From NCBI GenBank assembly GCA_963768425.1, contig CAVYHV010000014.1:32001-96000 (forward strand): a DNA stretch of 64,000 bases, written 5' to 3'. Below the pieces are notes generated by a model, which was not told the origin of the DNA, searched no databases, and saw only the letters and a program-made list of their open reading frames with translations. The DNA comes from Candidatus Bathyarchaeota archaeon. GTDB taxonomy: Archaea; Thermoproteota; Bathyarchaeia; Bathyarchaeales; Bathycorpusculaceae. A program made the translations under genes and the position numbers. Positions 1 through 11,642 of the stretch are shown piece after piece. Each line of letters begins with the position of its first letter. The stretch's first letter is position 1.

Positions 1-511
1 CCCTAATGTATTGCTCGTCCAGAGATACATGATACACGTTAGGTAAGGACGTATTTACCAAACCGTCCGAGATAAGGCTTGGAGCATCGAATTCCACAAC
101 CGAGCGGTCAACGCTTCTGCGAATATCGTCCGAAAAATCAAAGTCTACGTTGTTAATCGTGAGAAGAACCTTTCCAGTTCCGTTCGCCACCTGCTCATCG
201 AACGTGGACGGGATGGTAATGACGGCAGCGACCTTTTCATCCTGCAACATGGTATTTGCATTAGCCGCATTAGTCACCGTGAGATCATATGCCTCTGTAT
301 CCGATCTGATAATTTGAGCCATCTGCATCGACGCAGGGCCAGTACCTTGGACAACTAAAGCAACAGGCTGCTGAGTGACCGACAGACTCAAAGTTACAAG
401 GACCAGCGTCATGGCAATCGGCGGAATAAGCGCGCAAGCTGCAGTAAGAGGCATTTTCCTCCACCTCCTAAGGTCATGCAATGCGATCGTAAACAGCGAC
501 TGAAGTTTCAT
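1..511 (-). CDS. ABC-2 type transporter permease (5' part; runs off window)
   Basis: Manual translation from ATG at 511: MKLQSLFTIALHDLRRWRKMPLTAACALIPPIAM...; ATGA overlap with the stop of the upstream permease; same architecture as that paralog. Confidence 0.8.
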   Translation of the reverse strand, partial: MKLQSLFTIALHDLRRWRKMPLTAACALIPPIAMTLVLVTLSLSVTQQPVALVVQGTGPASMQMAQIIRSDTEAYDLTVTNAANANTMLQDEKVAAVITIPSTFDEQVANGTGKVLLTINNVDFDFSDDIRRSVDRSVVEFDAPSLISDGLVNTSLPNVYHVSLDEQYIR

Positions 512-1611
512 AAAAAGCCCCTTCTGGAGAAAAACCACGCTAAAGCCAACGCGCCGATTCCCCACCCAACCAATGCGAGAGCAAGTAGGACGAGCGGCTC
601 AGGCGTGACCTTCAAATTGAAAACGGCGTGTTCCATCAAGCCCACCGCATAGTATTCAGGGGAAAAGTGCGCTGCCCCCCAGATGAGGCTCCCGTCGAAC
701 CGCTGCGGCTCGTACGAACCGCTGAAAAGAAACAAAGGAAGCGCAATTCCGAGAACGAACAAAGCCACCGGGAGCGTTTTTTTCATGACTGCGCCGAGTG
801 CGGCGCCGATGCAACTGAAAATGGCAATGCAAAACAGAAGGGTTAACACCATTTCAAGTGGTTGAGCGGGCGAAATGCCATACCCCACAAGGGCCACGAA
901 GACTGTAATTGCTATTGCCCCAGCCGAAACCAGAGCAGTTGCCATTACCCGCCCGATCAGCGGAATGAGTGGGGGCACAGGTGAAATCGCAAGAATCTTG
1001 GCCGTTTTCGATTCAAACTCTTCTGCAACTGAGAAAGCGCTCAAAGTACCAGATATTATGAGGGCATCCAAGACTAAAGCGCTCGCAATCATGTAGTTGA
1101 TGAAGCTTGTGTCATGGGCGTAAGAGTCGGTTTCGACCACACCAACGTTCACGCCTTCAAACTTTAGTCCATCACCAAAACTCATAACGGCCGAAGGTAC
1201 CGCACGCTGGATGTCTGCAGTTAGGTCACTGTTGATGTTGTCGATAAAAACAGTAATAGGCACGGTCTTTCCTTCACTGATGTTCTCCGAAAACCCTTGC
1301 GGAATAACGATCATTGCCACAAGATCACCCTTTGCAACCATTTCCCGCGCAGCCGTCTCATTACTCATGAAAATCAAGTTGAATGAGTGATGGTCATTTT
1401 CTAGGCTATTGATGAACGCTTGTGAAAGCGGACCGTTGTCGTTATTCACCAAAGCAGTTGGAGCATAAGCCCCGGTCATGCCGAAAAGCGTCACGAGAAT
1501 AAGAAACGTCACTGATTGAACCAAAACAAGTGCAATAAGCAGGCGTGATCGTCTCAATCTGCTTAACTCGGCATTCATTCCACCTAGCAATGCGCGCAGG
1601 TTCTTTTTCAT
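508..1611 (-). CDS. ABC-2 type transporter permease
   Basis: N-terminal TM, extracellular loop (ALVNNDNG..., IVIPQGFS), several C-terminal TM helices; follows an ABC ATPase. Confidence 0.85.
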   Translation of the reverse strand: MKKNLRALLGGMNAELSRLRRSRLLIALVLVQSVTFLILVTLFGMTGAYAPTALVNNDNGPLSQAFINSLENDHHSFNLIFMSNETAAREMVAKGDLVAMIVIPQGFSENISEGKTVPITVFIDNINSDLTADIQRAVPSAVMSFGDGLKFEGVNVGVVETDSYAHDTSFINYMIASALVLDALIISGTLSAFSVAEEFESKTAKILAISPVPPLIPLIGRVMATALVSAGAIAITVFVALVGYGISPAQPLEMVLTLLFCIAIFSCIGAALGAVMKKTLPVALFVLGIALPLFLFSGSYEPQRFDGSLIWGAAHFSPEYYAVGLMEHAVFNLKVTPEPLVLLALALVGWGIGALALAWFFSRRGFL

Positions 1612-1613
1612 GG

Positions 1614-2576
1614 TTATCGTCCAAGCGATTTGAACACTTCAGACAGATCGGGTGCGCGAAAACAGAACCCCTCAATGCTGCCGTACTTTGTAAACTCGCG
1701 TAGGGCCTCATCGGGGTTCGCGCCTTTGGCCAAGAATAATGAAATGCCGCTCAAAGTTATGTCGGTACGGGTGACCTGTTGGATATTTTGAACGCCCGAG
1801 GCGATTTTTTTGGCAGTTTGCTCGTCGCATTCGACGTCAATGCAGCTGCCTGTTCGCTTCACTAGTTCGCGAGGTTCCGCAATCGCTAACATTACGCCCT
1901 CTCCTAAAACTGCGACGCGGTCGCATAAGGCTAATGCTTCGTCGAGATAATTTGTCGCAACAATGACTGTCTTGCTCTTTGATCTGAGAAGGCGAAGGTA
2001 AGCCCAAAGTGCATGACGTGTATCTGCGTCAACTCCAAGAGTTGGTTCGTCGATGATGAACAATTCAGGGTCGTGAAGGAAAGCTCGTGCAATCGCAGTG
2101 CGTCTCTTGAGGCCTCCTGAAAGAGTGTTCACGACTTGGTCGCGTCGGTCTGATAGGCCAAGAATTTCAAGGACTTCAAGAATCCTCTTGCGCGAATTTT
2201 GCACGTCGTATAGACTAGCCGAAAATTTCAGGTTTTCAAAAACGGTTAATTCTTCGTAAAGCGCGTTTTCCTGAAGGACAAAACCCATTTTTCTTCGAAC
2301 CTCAGCTGTGTGCGCAGGCATCCTTTCGCCTAGTACATTAATATCTCCTGACGTATGGCTCCGCAACCCGGATATGAGGGAGAGAAGCGTCGTCTTTCCA
2401 GCGCCGTTTTTTCCAAGGAGACCCATAATTTCTCCGCGACGGACGTTTAGCGTAATTCCTCTAAGAATGTCTTTGCCTGAAATCCTGCAGTCGACGTCTT
2501 GAAAACAAATGACATTATCATTCACATTTTCTTTCACAATATCTGTAGATTCGGCAATGGTAATGTCAATACTCAT
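1614..2576 (-). CDS. ABC transporter ATP-binding protein (drug-exporter type)
   Basis: Walker A GKNGAGKTT, signature LSGGLKRR, Walker B IIDEPT. Confidence 0.95.
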   Translation of the reverse strand: MSIDITIAESTDIVKENVNDNVICFQDVDCRISGKDILRGITLNVRRGEIMGLLGKNGAGKTTLLSLISGLRSHTSGDINVLGERMPAHTAEVRRKMGFVLQENALYEELTVFENLKFSASLYDVQNSRKRILEVLEILGLSDRRDQVVNTLSGGLKRRTAIARAFLHDPELFIIDEPTLGVDADTRHALWAYLRLLRSKSKTVIVATNYLDEALALCDRVAVLGEGVMLAIAEPRELVKRTGSCIDVECDEQTAKKIASGVQNIQQVTRTDITLSGISLFLAKGANPDEALREFTKYGSIEGFCFRAPDLSEVFKSLGR

Positions 2577-3110
2577 GGACTAGACTGGCAAGTGCAATAA
2601 CTATAAGTATTGTGAATTTTCAAATATGAGCCATAAACATTATTCAAGATCATCAAAAAAGTCAGGCAGAATTTCGACCTCAAAACAAGATAGCTCAAAT
2701 TCTGTTTCAACCAATGTTCCAATGGAAAGCAGACATGATTTTGGATAATAAATCGTAACAATTTATTAGTAGTGTCAATACTTCTTTTGCTATCGCGCTA
2801 TGTCTTTTAAATAAGAAGAGTACAAATTATTTGAAGAAGGTTTTTAACCCATTTGGAAGGAGATGGAAGCTCCAAACAGTGCCTAACCTTGCGAAAAACG
2901 ACATAAGTCCAAATAATTTAGTGAAGTGACTCAGACCGTTTCGGGGGTAATCCCGGTCCGGCTCAGCCGCAATAGCTTTTTACTGGTAAAAAGGTGCTGG
3001 GATCCCCCCGTCCAACACTAGCTGAATATCTCCAATAACTTGGTGAAAATACTTTCCAACCGTTTGAAACGCGGATTAATTCTTTTCTTTTAGCTTCGGG
3101 TTTGAACCCT

Positions 3111-4039
3111 TTTTGGGTATGGGGACGGGCAGCCCCACCATTCCAGAACTGAATAAGTATTATTTCATCAAACATTCCCTTTTTTGTAATTTGACTTGGG
3201 ACTCGTGATCGACTAGTTTCTAAGCTAAGACAGTCTCCTTATTCTTTCTCGCTTGCTCCGCACATGTAACACCATCGCAGGTACATCACGCAATAAAAAA
3301 AGATGTTCTATTACTGGCGGAGTCGATATCGAACAGCGTTTTGGGAAGGTCGAAAATGATATAAACAGTTTTTGTCCTACTGGTCACCGTGGTAAGATGG
3401 CTGAAAAGCTGTTAGTTGTGTTTGAGTTTATTTTGTTTATTTGAGTACATAGGTTTAGAATACAATGAGCATAGGAAACTGTTCTGTAATGTTTAATATT
3501 TTAGGTTTTGGTGTTGGTTTAGATGGTGATGATCAGTTGAATTATTGATGATATTGTAATATGATTAAATGCTGCTTTGCGTTATGGATGTTGAATGTTG
3601 TAGCATTTAAGTTTTTGATGTTATATAAATGGCTATAGAATAAAGTGAAATTTTTTGGTTGTTGTTATTTGGTTTGAATTGCTATAGTTTGATTTAAGGT
3701 TAAGGTGAATAGATTGCAGAGAAAAAGATTTAACAGTTGTTTTTGGGTATGGGGACGGGCAGCCCACCATTCCAGAACTGAATAAGTATTATTTCATCAA
3801 ACATTCCCTTTTTGTAATTTGACTTGGGACTCGTGATCGACTAGTTTCTAAGCTAAGACAGTCTCCTTATTCTTTCTCGCTTGCTCCGCACATGTAACAC
3901 CATCGCAGGTACATCACGCAATAAAAAAAGATGTTCTATTACTGGCGGAGTCGATATCAAACAGCGTTTTGGGAAGGTCGAAAATGATATAAACAGTTTT
4001 TGTCCTACTGGTCACTGTGGTATAATGGCTGAAAAGCTG
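3111..4039 (+). repeat. ~300-bp near-identical direct repeat (3111-3411 and 3741-4039) separated by a C-depleted spacer
   Basis: Both copies run TTTTGGGTATGGGGACGGGCAGCCC...ATGGCTGAAAAGCTG with only a few differences. Confidence 0.9.
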
Positions 4040-4477
4040 GATGGCGTAGATAGAACGATTTTGAATATGCTTCAGAAAGATGCTAGGGTTCCTTTTTCTC
4101 ATATAGCAGTTGAAGCAGGTGTAAGTGAAGCCACTGTTAGATACCGGGTTAAGCATCTGGAGAAAAACAATGTAATAAAGACGTACACTGCACTGTTGAA
4201 CCCTGCGAAAGTTGGTTTTTCAACTACAGGCATTATGATGGTTAAACTTGACCCGGCCATGTTTGAGCAGGCCGCCAAGCAAATAGGCGATTTAGCTGAA
4301 ACATACCACGTTTTCCAGAACACGGGCGAATACGACATCGTTTCCGTTGTGCACACTCGTGACCTTGAGCATTTGGGCGAACTCAGGAAGAAGGTACAGT
4401 CGTTTGTAGGTGTGAGGGAAGTTACTGTTTCGGCAGCTACGCGGATTGTGAAGATCAAGACTTCTTTCGATCTCTAA
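4025..4477 (+). CDS. Lrp/AsnC family transcriptional regulator
   Basis: MAEKLDGVDRTILNMLQKDARVPFSHIA...SEATVRYRVKHLE HTH and GEYD motif; true start probably ATG 4025 rather than 3881. Confidence 0.92.
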   Translation: MAEKLDGVDRTILNMLQKDARVPFSHIAVEAGVSEATVRYRVKHLEKNNVIKTYTALLNPAKVGFSTTGIMMVKLDPAMFEQAAKQIGDLAETYHVFQNTGEYDIVSVVHTRDLEHLGELRKKVQSFVGVREVTVSAATRIVKIKTSFDL

Positions 4478-4657
4478 TAGACTTTGCGAATTTCGATAAA
4501 TAACACGTGTTTTTTATCGTAAACCGAAACATTTTATAGCTGCCTCTCGAACTGTTGTTCAGGAGTTTTCCTGCCAGAACCCAAAGGAAGGAAACATATT
4601 GAACAACAACCAAAATAACAAACCAAGACTGGTAACAGTCTGCAAGAGGAAAAACAA

Positions 4658-4855
4658 TTGAAGTGGTATTATTGGCTTGTAATAGCTATCTTGGTTATCG
4701 TGGGAATTTCCACATTAGTTCCAGCGCCTGGAAGTCCATCAAACTTAATCGGGTACTCATCAGTAGATCCGGCTGCACCGGTAAGCGGAATAATACTTTG
4801 GGTAATCGCTGGGGTAATCTACTGGTTTGGAAAAAGAAAGGAAAAGAAGCTCTAA
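4658..4855 (+). CDS. small 2-TM membrane protein
   Basis: GAGGA upstream of TTG; two hydrophobic segments and basic C-terminus. Confidence 0.65.
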   Translation: MKWYYWLVIAILVIVGISTLVPAPGSPSNLIGYSSVDPAAPVSGIILWVIAGVIYWFGKRKEKKL

Positions 4856-4947
4856 TTCCCCAACTTTTTAGGTTTATTTTGGAAAGATTTTGTTCATAGA
4901 AAGCAAACAAAAAAACGTCAAGCCATGGTTGAGGAAGGTTCGTTGAA

Positions 4948-5376
4948 ATGACCGCAGCTCCCTTTGCAAGCACGATTGTTGCAGTAGCTCTAATCCCAGT
5001 GGCGTTCTTTTTTGTTCATGCCTTCCTAAGTGGAAAGCGCAAGAACCGTTTTCACCCAGTTACTGGAATTTTAGCAATTACATGGGACTTAACAGTTTCA
5101 ATTGGTTACATGATGTATCGAACATTTGGCGGAGCAGTAAACGGGTCAACTTTGCAGTTAACCCCTCTTCTAAACGCTTACTTCATGGTTGTCCATGTAC
5201 CTGTTGCTATTATTGTAATGTCGTTGGAAATAGTAGTTCTCGCCCTTGGCTTATGGCAGCTAAGAAAGAGAACTGCAAACCGATGGCACGGGAAAATAGC
5301 TAAAGCCCTGTTCTACATATGGTGGTTCGCTTTTCTGTCGGGAGAAATACTATACATCTTGCTGTACATGATTTGA
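4948..5376 (+). CDS. DUF420-like 4-TM membrane protein
   Basis: Four TM helices with spaced His residues (RFH, VVH, WHGKIAK). Confidence 0.6.
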   Translation: MTAAPFASTIVAVALIPVAFFFVHAFLSGKRKNRFHPVTGILAITWDLTVSIGYMMYRTFGGAVNGSTLQLTPLLNAYFMVVHVPVAIIVMSLEIVVLALGLWQLRKRTANRWHGKIAKALFYIWWFAFLSGEILYILLYMI

Positions 5377-5394
5377 GATCTTGAAAACAGAGAG

Positions 5395-5667
5395 TTGATT
5401 AAAGAGATGAATAAGCAAGAAGCGGCATCTTACCTGAAAGAATTCTTAAATAAATGTAATTTAGGGTCTGATTCCTTCATTTTAGAGGAGCCAAACCCAA
5501 ATGATACTCTGTCAAAGGGATATAAAATACGTATAATAGCTTCTATGAATAATGCTTGCAGGGAACAAGTAAAAACAATTACTAAGAAACATGACTTAGC
5601 GGTAATAGAAGAACAAAATCAAATCATAGTCTATAAACCTAAATCAACCCAACTGGACATTGTGTAG
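5395..5667 (+). CDS. hypothetical protein
   Basis: 90-aa ORF, protein-like composition, co-oriented with neighbours. Confidence 0.55.
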   Translation: MIKEMNKQEAASYLKEFLNKCNLGSDSFILEEPNPNDTLSKGYKIRIIASMNNACREQVKTITKKHDLAVIEEQNQIIVYKPKSTQLDIV

Positions 5668-5771
5668 ATTCTTTATTTTGTCTAGCGCGCTTCAAATCAA
5701 ACTCTCATCCTTAGCTCTTCAGGATAAATCCCCACCTTCAAGGCGAACCCCCAGTCTTTGGAGACTGAAGG

Positions 5772-5870
5772 CTATTTTCTGAAAAGCTTGAGATAACCCA
5801 TTTCGCAAACGTACTCGTAGCCTGCGTCTATTAGTTAGCAAACTTCTTGTTCCAAGTGAGCTACTTATGC
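5772..5870 (-). pseudogene. remnant resembling the C-terminal tail of archaeal tyrosine integrases
   Basis: Manual translation VAHLEQEVC*LIDAGYEYVCEMGYLKLFRK* with internal stop; similarity is recalled, not searched. Confidence 0.4.
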
Positions 5871-5893
5871 TGTATTGTTATCGATAGCTCTTG

Positions 5894-8069
<2,176 letters not shown>

Positions 8070-8307
8070 TCAAATTAAAACAACTCCTTACTGTTGGTTC
8101 TATTATGAGACCAATTTAAAAGTTAAAGTTATAACTAAATTAGATAAAATACGCTATTGAATAAGAGAAACAAGATTATTATTTAACAAACCTAGTTTCG
8201 GAATTGAATCAAAAAAACTGGATAGCTTAATGAGTTCTTTTCTGTGTCTCTCCAAGATTCAATTCGATAACTTACTGAATCACGTAATTTAGGGACAAGC
8301 CAAGACG

Positions 8308-10353
8308 CTAAATTAAAAGACTGAGAAGTCTAAAGGCTATTCCGCCAAGTGCCAAGGCTAAACCAATGTCGATAGCTGCCATGCCTAAGGATTTTTTCCA
8401 TCCGAACTCTCTCTTGCAAGCTGCAAGCGTTGCTAGGCAAGGGAAGTAAATCATCACGACTAATGCGAAAACAATCATCTGTACCGCGCTAAGCGACGTC
8501 AAACCCAAGCCAACAGCAGCCAACGTCGTAGCTAGTAAAATCAGTGTCAGTTCTTTGCGAAGAATCCCAAATATCAGCGGAATGGCACATATCGCAGGTA
8601 ACCCCAACCACCAGGTCATTAGCGGACTTGCACCTGCTACTAAATATGGCATCAAACCAGACAATGCAAATGCCTCTACGGCAAGGCTGCCTACAATGAT
8701 AATTGGGAAAGCCACGAAAACGAAGTCTTTGCTGCGACTCCACGTCTTTAGCACCACAGTCTTAGCTAACGGAAGCTTGTAGTTAGGCATCTCCATTATT
8801 AACCCGACAGGCTCGCCAGGCAAAACTTTGAAGGCAATTCTACCCATTGCGAAAACGAGCGCTACGTCGAACAGGTACAAGCCGACAACAGCAGCTAACC
8901 CTACATACTTGCCTACTAATCCCAGAATAACGACGGTTCGGGCTGCACAGGGTATAAGTAGAACAACAAATGCGGCTAGGAAGCGTTCTCGTTTTGTCTC
9001 CATTATCCGGCATCCGATGCATGCGGGCACGCTGCAACCGTAGCCAAGCATAAGCGGGATGAACGCCTTGCCGTGCAAGCCGATCTTATGCATAGCATTG
9101 TCCATAAGGAACGCGGCACGGGGCAAATAGCCGGTATCTTCCAGCAGAGAAAGAATAACGTAGAATGGTACAATGTAGGGCAATGCTATTGTTACACCGG
9201 CAGCGACACCCGCGACAACGCCTTTCACGATTAATTCGACAGCGATAGATGGTAAGAATTTGCTTAGCAAAGCCGTAGAACCCGCTGATATCCATGCGAC
9301 GCCTCTGTCTAACACGCCTGAGAGCAGGCTTCCTCCTGCGAAAATGGCGCCAAATATCGCCGTGACTACTCCCAATAGAATCAAGTATCCATACACCTTG
9401 TGTGTGGTCACCGCGGCTAACTTTTGTTCCAAACTTATTCGCGGGGTCGACTCAAGCGTGACAGCTTCCTTGGCTATCTTACTTGCCAAAGAGTATCTCT
9501 CAGAAGCCATGATCACGGCTGAAGTTTCACCATGTACAGTCTCAAGTTCGGAGTTGATTCCGTCAACGAGTTCCAACATGGCTTTTCCGTCTGGAGTGGC
9601 TTCGACTTTGCTCACGATATCTGTATCTTTTTCAAGCAGCTTGATGGCAATCCATCTAGCTGGGTAAATGTTTTTCAACTGAGAAAGTTTGGCAACAACG
9701 AGGTTTTCTATGGCTCGGATTCTTTCTTCGATTTCTTTTCCGTAAGTAGGCTTCATCAGTTTAATTTTGTTTGGTTTGTCTACTTGTTCTATTACTGCAT
9801 CGAGTAGTTCGGTGATTCCGGTGCCTGTGGTTGCCACAGTCGGAACTGTCCTTACGCCGAGTACTTTCGAGAGCTTTTCAGTATCGATTCTGAGCCCTTT
9901 TTTTGCTGCAAAATCCATTTGGTTTAGCGCTATAACAAAAGGGACTTCAAGTTCCAATAGTTGCAACGTTAGGTACAGGTTTCGCTCTAGAGCCGAAGCG
10001 TCCACCACGTTGATGATAACGTCTGGTTTCTCTACGGCTAAGTATTCACGTGAGACAATCTCTTCCATCGAATAAGCTGACAGAGAATAAGTACCTGGTA
10101 AATCCACGATGCGAATAGTGTAGCCTTTATAGTGTAATGTGCCCTCGGCACGTTCTACGGTTTTTCCAGGCCAGTTGCCCGTGACTTGATTTAGTCCAGT
10201 CAGCTGATTGAATATAGCGCTCTTACCGACATTGGCATTTCCAGCTAACGCTACGGTTAACTCTCCAGGGCATTTGCCTTCTTTTGTACTTGAAGCCGAC
10301 CCAGATTCGCAGCTGCAAGCTTTGTAGACTCTTCTTGGCTGGTTAGTTTCCAT
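8308..10353 (-). CDS. feoB: ferrous iron transporter B
   Basis: GNANVGKS, GNWPGKTVE, DLPGTYSL, NQMD GTPase motifs followed by gate/TM domains (LEDTGYLPRAAF). Confidence 0.96.
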   Translation of the reverse strand: METNQPRRVYKACSCESGSASSTKEGKCPGELTVALAGNANVGKSAIFNQLTGLNQVTGNWPGKTVERAEGTLHYKGYTIRIVDLPGTYSLSAYSMEEIVSREYLAVEKPDVIINVVDASALERNLYLTLQLLELEVPFVIALNQMDFAAKKGLRIDTEKLSKVLGVRTVPTVATTGTGITELLDAVIEQVDKPNKIKLMKPTYGKEIEERIRAIENLVVAKLSQLKNIYPARWIAIKLLEKDTDIVSKVEATPDGKAMLELVDGINSELETVHGETSAVIMASERYSLASKIAKEAVTLESTPRISLEQKLAAVTTHKVYGYLILLGVVTAIFGAIFAGGSLLSGVLDRGVAWISAGSTALLSKFLPSIAVELIVKGVVAGVAAGVTIALPYIVPFYVILSLLEDTGYLPRAAFLMDNAMHKIGLHGKAFIPLMLGYGCSVPACIGCRIMETKRERFLAAFVVLLIPCAARTVVILGLVGKYVGLAAVVGLYLFDVALVFAMGRIAFKVLPGEPVGLIMEMPNYKLPLAKTVVLKTWSRSKDFVFVAFPIIIVGSLAVEAFALSGLMPYLVAGASPLMTWWLGLPAICAIPLIFGILRKELTLILLATTLAAVGLGLTSLSAVQMIVFALVVMIYFPCLATLAACKREFGWKKSLGMAAIDIGLALALGGIAFRLLSLLI

Positions 10354-10654
10354 CAGGGTTTGCCTTCAGCTCTTGCACAAAAATCTCTGATGCCAATTCG
10401 TAGCCCAAGGCTAAGGACGCGCCCCTTACTTCGATTTCTATGGGTCCGTGGAAGCTGCATTTGCGCAGAATTTGAAGTTCGCATCCAGGGGTTAAGCCCA
10501 TCTCGCATAGACGTCGCACAACGTTCTCTTTGCCGGAAGAGTGAGTCATCACGGCTTTGGCGCCTTCCTTTACACACGTTAACGGGACTATGCCTTCCGA
10601 GTTTAAGCAAGGATCTTGTTTTATGCTATGACTTTGTCTACGTCTCAACTGCAT
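10343..10654 (-). CDS. feoA: ferrous iron transport protein A
   Basis: RRLCEMGLTPG...GPIEIEVRG...LALG FeoA motif; directly upstream of feoB. Confidence 0.9.
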   Translation of the reverse strand: MQLRRRQSHSIKQDPCLNSEGIVPLTCVKEGAKAVMTHSSGKENVVRRLCEMGLTPGCELQILRKCSFHGPIEIEVRGASLALGYELASEIFVQELKANPDGN

Positions 10655-11321
10655 AGTCTACCCTCCTATTTCTCCTAAGAAGCACGCAATCCGCAACTAT
10701 ACGGCTTAGCTCTTGCCGTTTTCCATTAATGCGTATATGAACATGTTTTTCGTCTTGTTTCAGAACTTGGATTGATGCTTGGGGTTTGATTCCCTTATCC
10801 TTTAGCATCTCAAGGTTTACGTTTTCTTCGTTAATTATCCTGTCCACGATGTAGCTTTCATTTGAATTTGCCTCGGTTAAGGCTACAGTTGGCAGATCCT
10901 CAATCAATCCTGCGTCGGTGGGTATTGGATTTCCGTGTGGACAAAACTTTGGATGTTCCAATTTCTCTTCTAAGAGATCAGTGACGTTCTTTGACATCGC
11001 ATGCTCGAGTTTGCATGCGTCGGCATGTACTGTGCTCCAATCTGCTTTTAAAATATCGGTGAGGAACCGCTCAGCGAGGCGGTGTCGGCGAATGATGGTT
11101 AATGCGAGCCTTTCGCCTTCTTTTGTAAGCTTGACACCGTGATAAGGTTCATGCCTTACGAGGCCATGGCTTTCTAGATGTTCTATGGTGTTTGTTATGG
11201 AGCCTGGGACAACATGTAGGCTTTCGGCAAGATCTTTAGTTTTTGCAGTGCTGTTTCGTTTTTGAAGCTTGTAGATAATCTCTATGTATTCTTCAGCTTC
11301 TTGTGATAGCGCTATTTCCAT
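10638..11321 (-). CDS. DtxR/IdeR/MntR family metal-dependent regulator with C-terminal FeoA-like domain
   Basis: EEYIEIIY, RRHRLAERFL, ACKLEH, CPHGNPIP motifs. Confidence 0.93.
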   Translation of the reverse strand: MEIALSQEAEEYIEIIYKLQKRNSTAKTKDLAESLHVVPGSITNTIEHLESHGLVRHEPYHGVKLTKEGERLALTIIRRHRLAERFLTDILKADWSTVHADACKLEHAMSKNVTDLLEEKLEHPKFCPHGNPIPTDAGLIEDLPTVALTEANSNESYIVDRIINEENVNLEMLKDKGIKPQASIQVLKQDEKHVHIRINGKRQELSRIVADCVLLRRNRRVDYAVET

Positions 11322-11344
11322 TTTTCTTTTCTTAGCTCCCTAAT

Positions 11345-11388
11345 TACGAGTACTCGTAGTTTATACGAGCTCTCGTAAATTACGAGAG
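11345..11388. promoter_or_regulatory. tandem palindromic operator cluster between the TATA box and start of the DtxR-feoAB operon
   Basis: TACGAG-TA-CTCGTA (11345-11358), TACGAG-CT-CTCGTA (11364-11377), CTCTCGTAA-A-TTACGAGAG (11370-11388); minus-strand TATA-like CTTATATG near 11396-11403. Confidence 0.7.
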
Positions 11389-11519
11389 GTTGTTGCATAT
11401 AAGCATTTTGCAAAGGAATTATGGCTTTCTGAACTCGATTTGAGTTTTCACACCTATGTGAAGTCTCTTATTTAGTTTACCTTTTCCATGTTTCGCTTCC
11501 ACTTAATTCCTCACTTTTC

Positions 11520-11642
11520 CTTTCAGTCGATTGAGGCATACACCTATTCGCCCACACTAAAGAGGCAATATGGCTACGCATCCAGGCTTCCTCAATCAGT
11601 CTGACGTCCACCAATGGGGACAGTGTGAAAAACGAGGAAAGT
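11520..11642 (-). ncRNA. putative bridge/seek RNA of the IS1111-like element
   Basis: Two stem-internal loop-stem domains; loop strands match both flanks (9 and 8 nt) and the predicted circle junction (6 and 5 nt). Confidence 0.72.

Noticed and set aside
2858-2910. Fluoride riboswitch (GGAGATGG..CTCC)
   Set aside because: The downstream GCTRATGAC pseudoknot partner is missing and there is no fluoride-related gene next to it
2940-3010. SAM-I riboswitch (GCAA...AAGGTGCT resemblance)
   Set aside because: Lacks the AUC-containing P1, the kink-turn P2 and GCAACC; kept only as an unknown structured RNA
3253-3444. 63-aa ORF and the N-terminal extension of the Lrp ORF from 3881
   Set aside because: Both are translations of the duplicated promoter region; the Lrp domain starts at 4025
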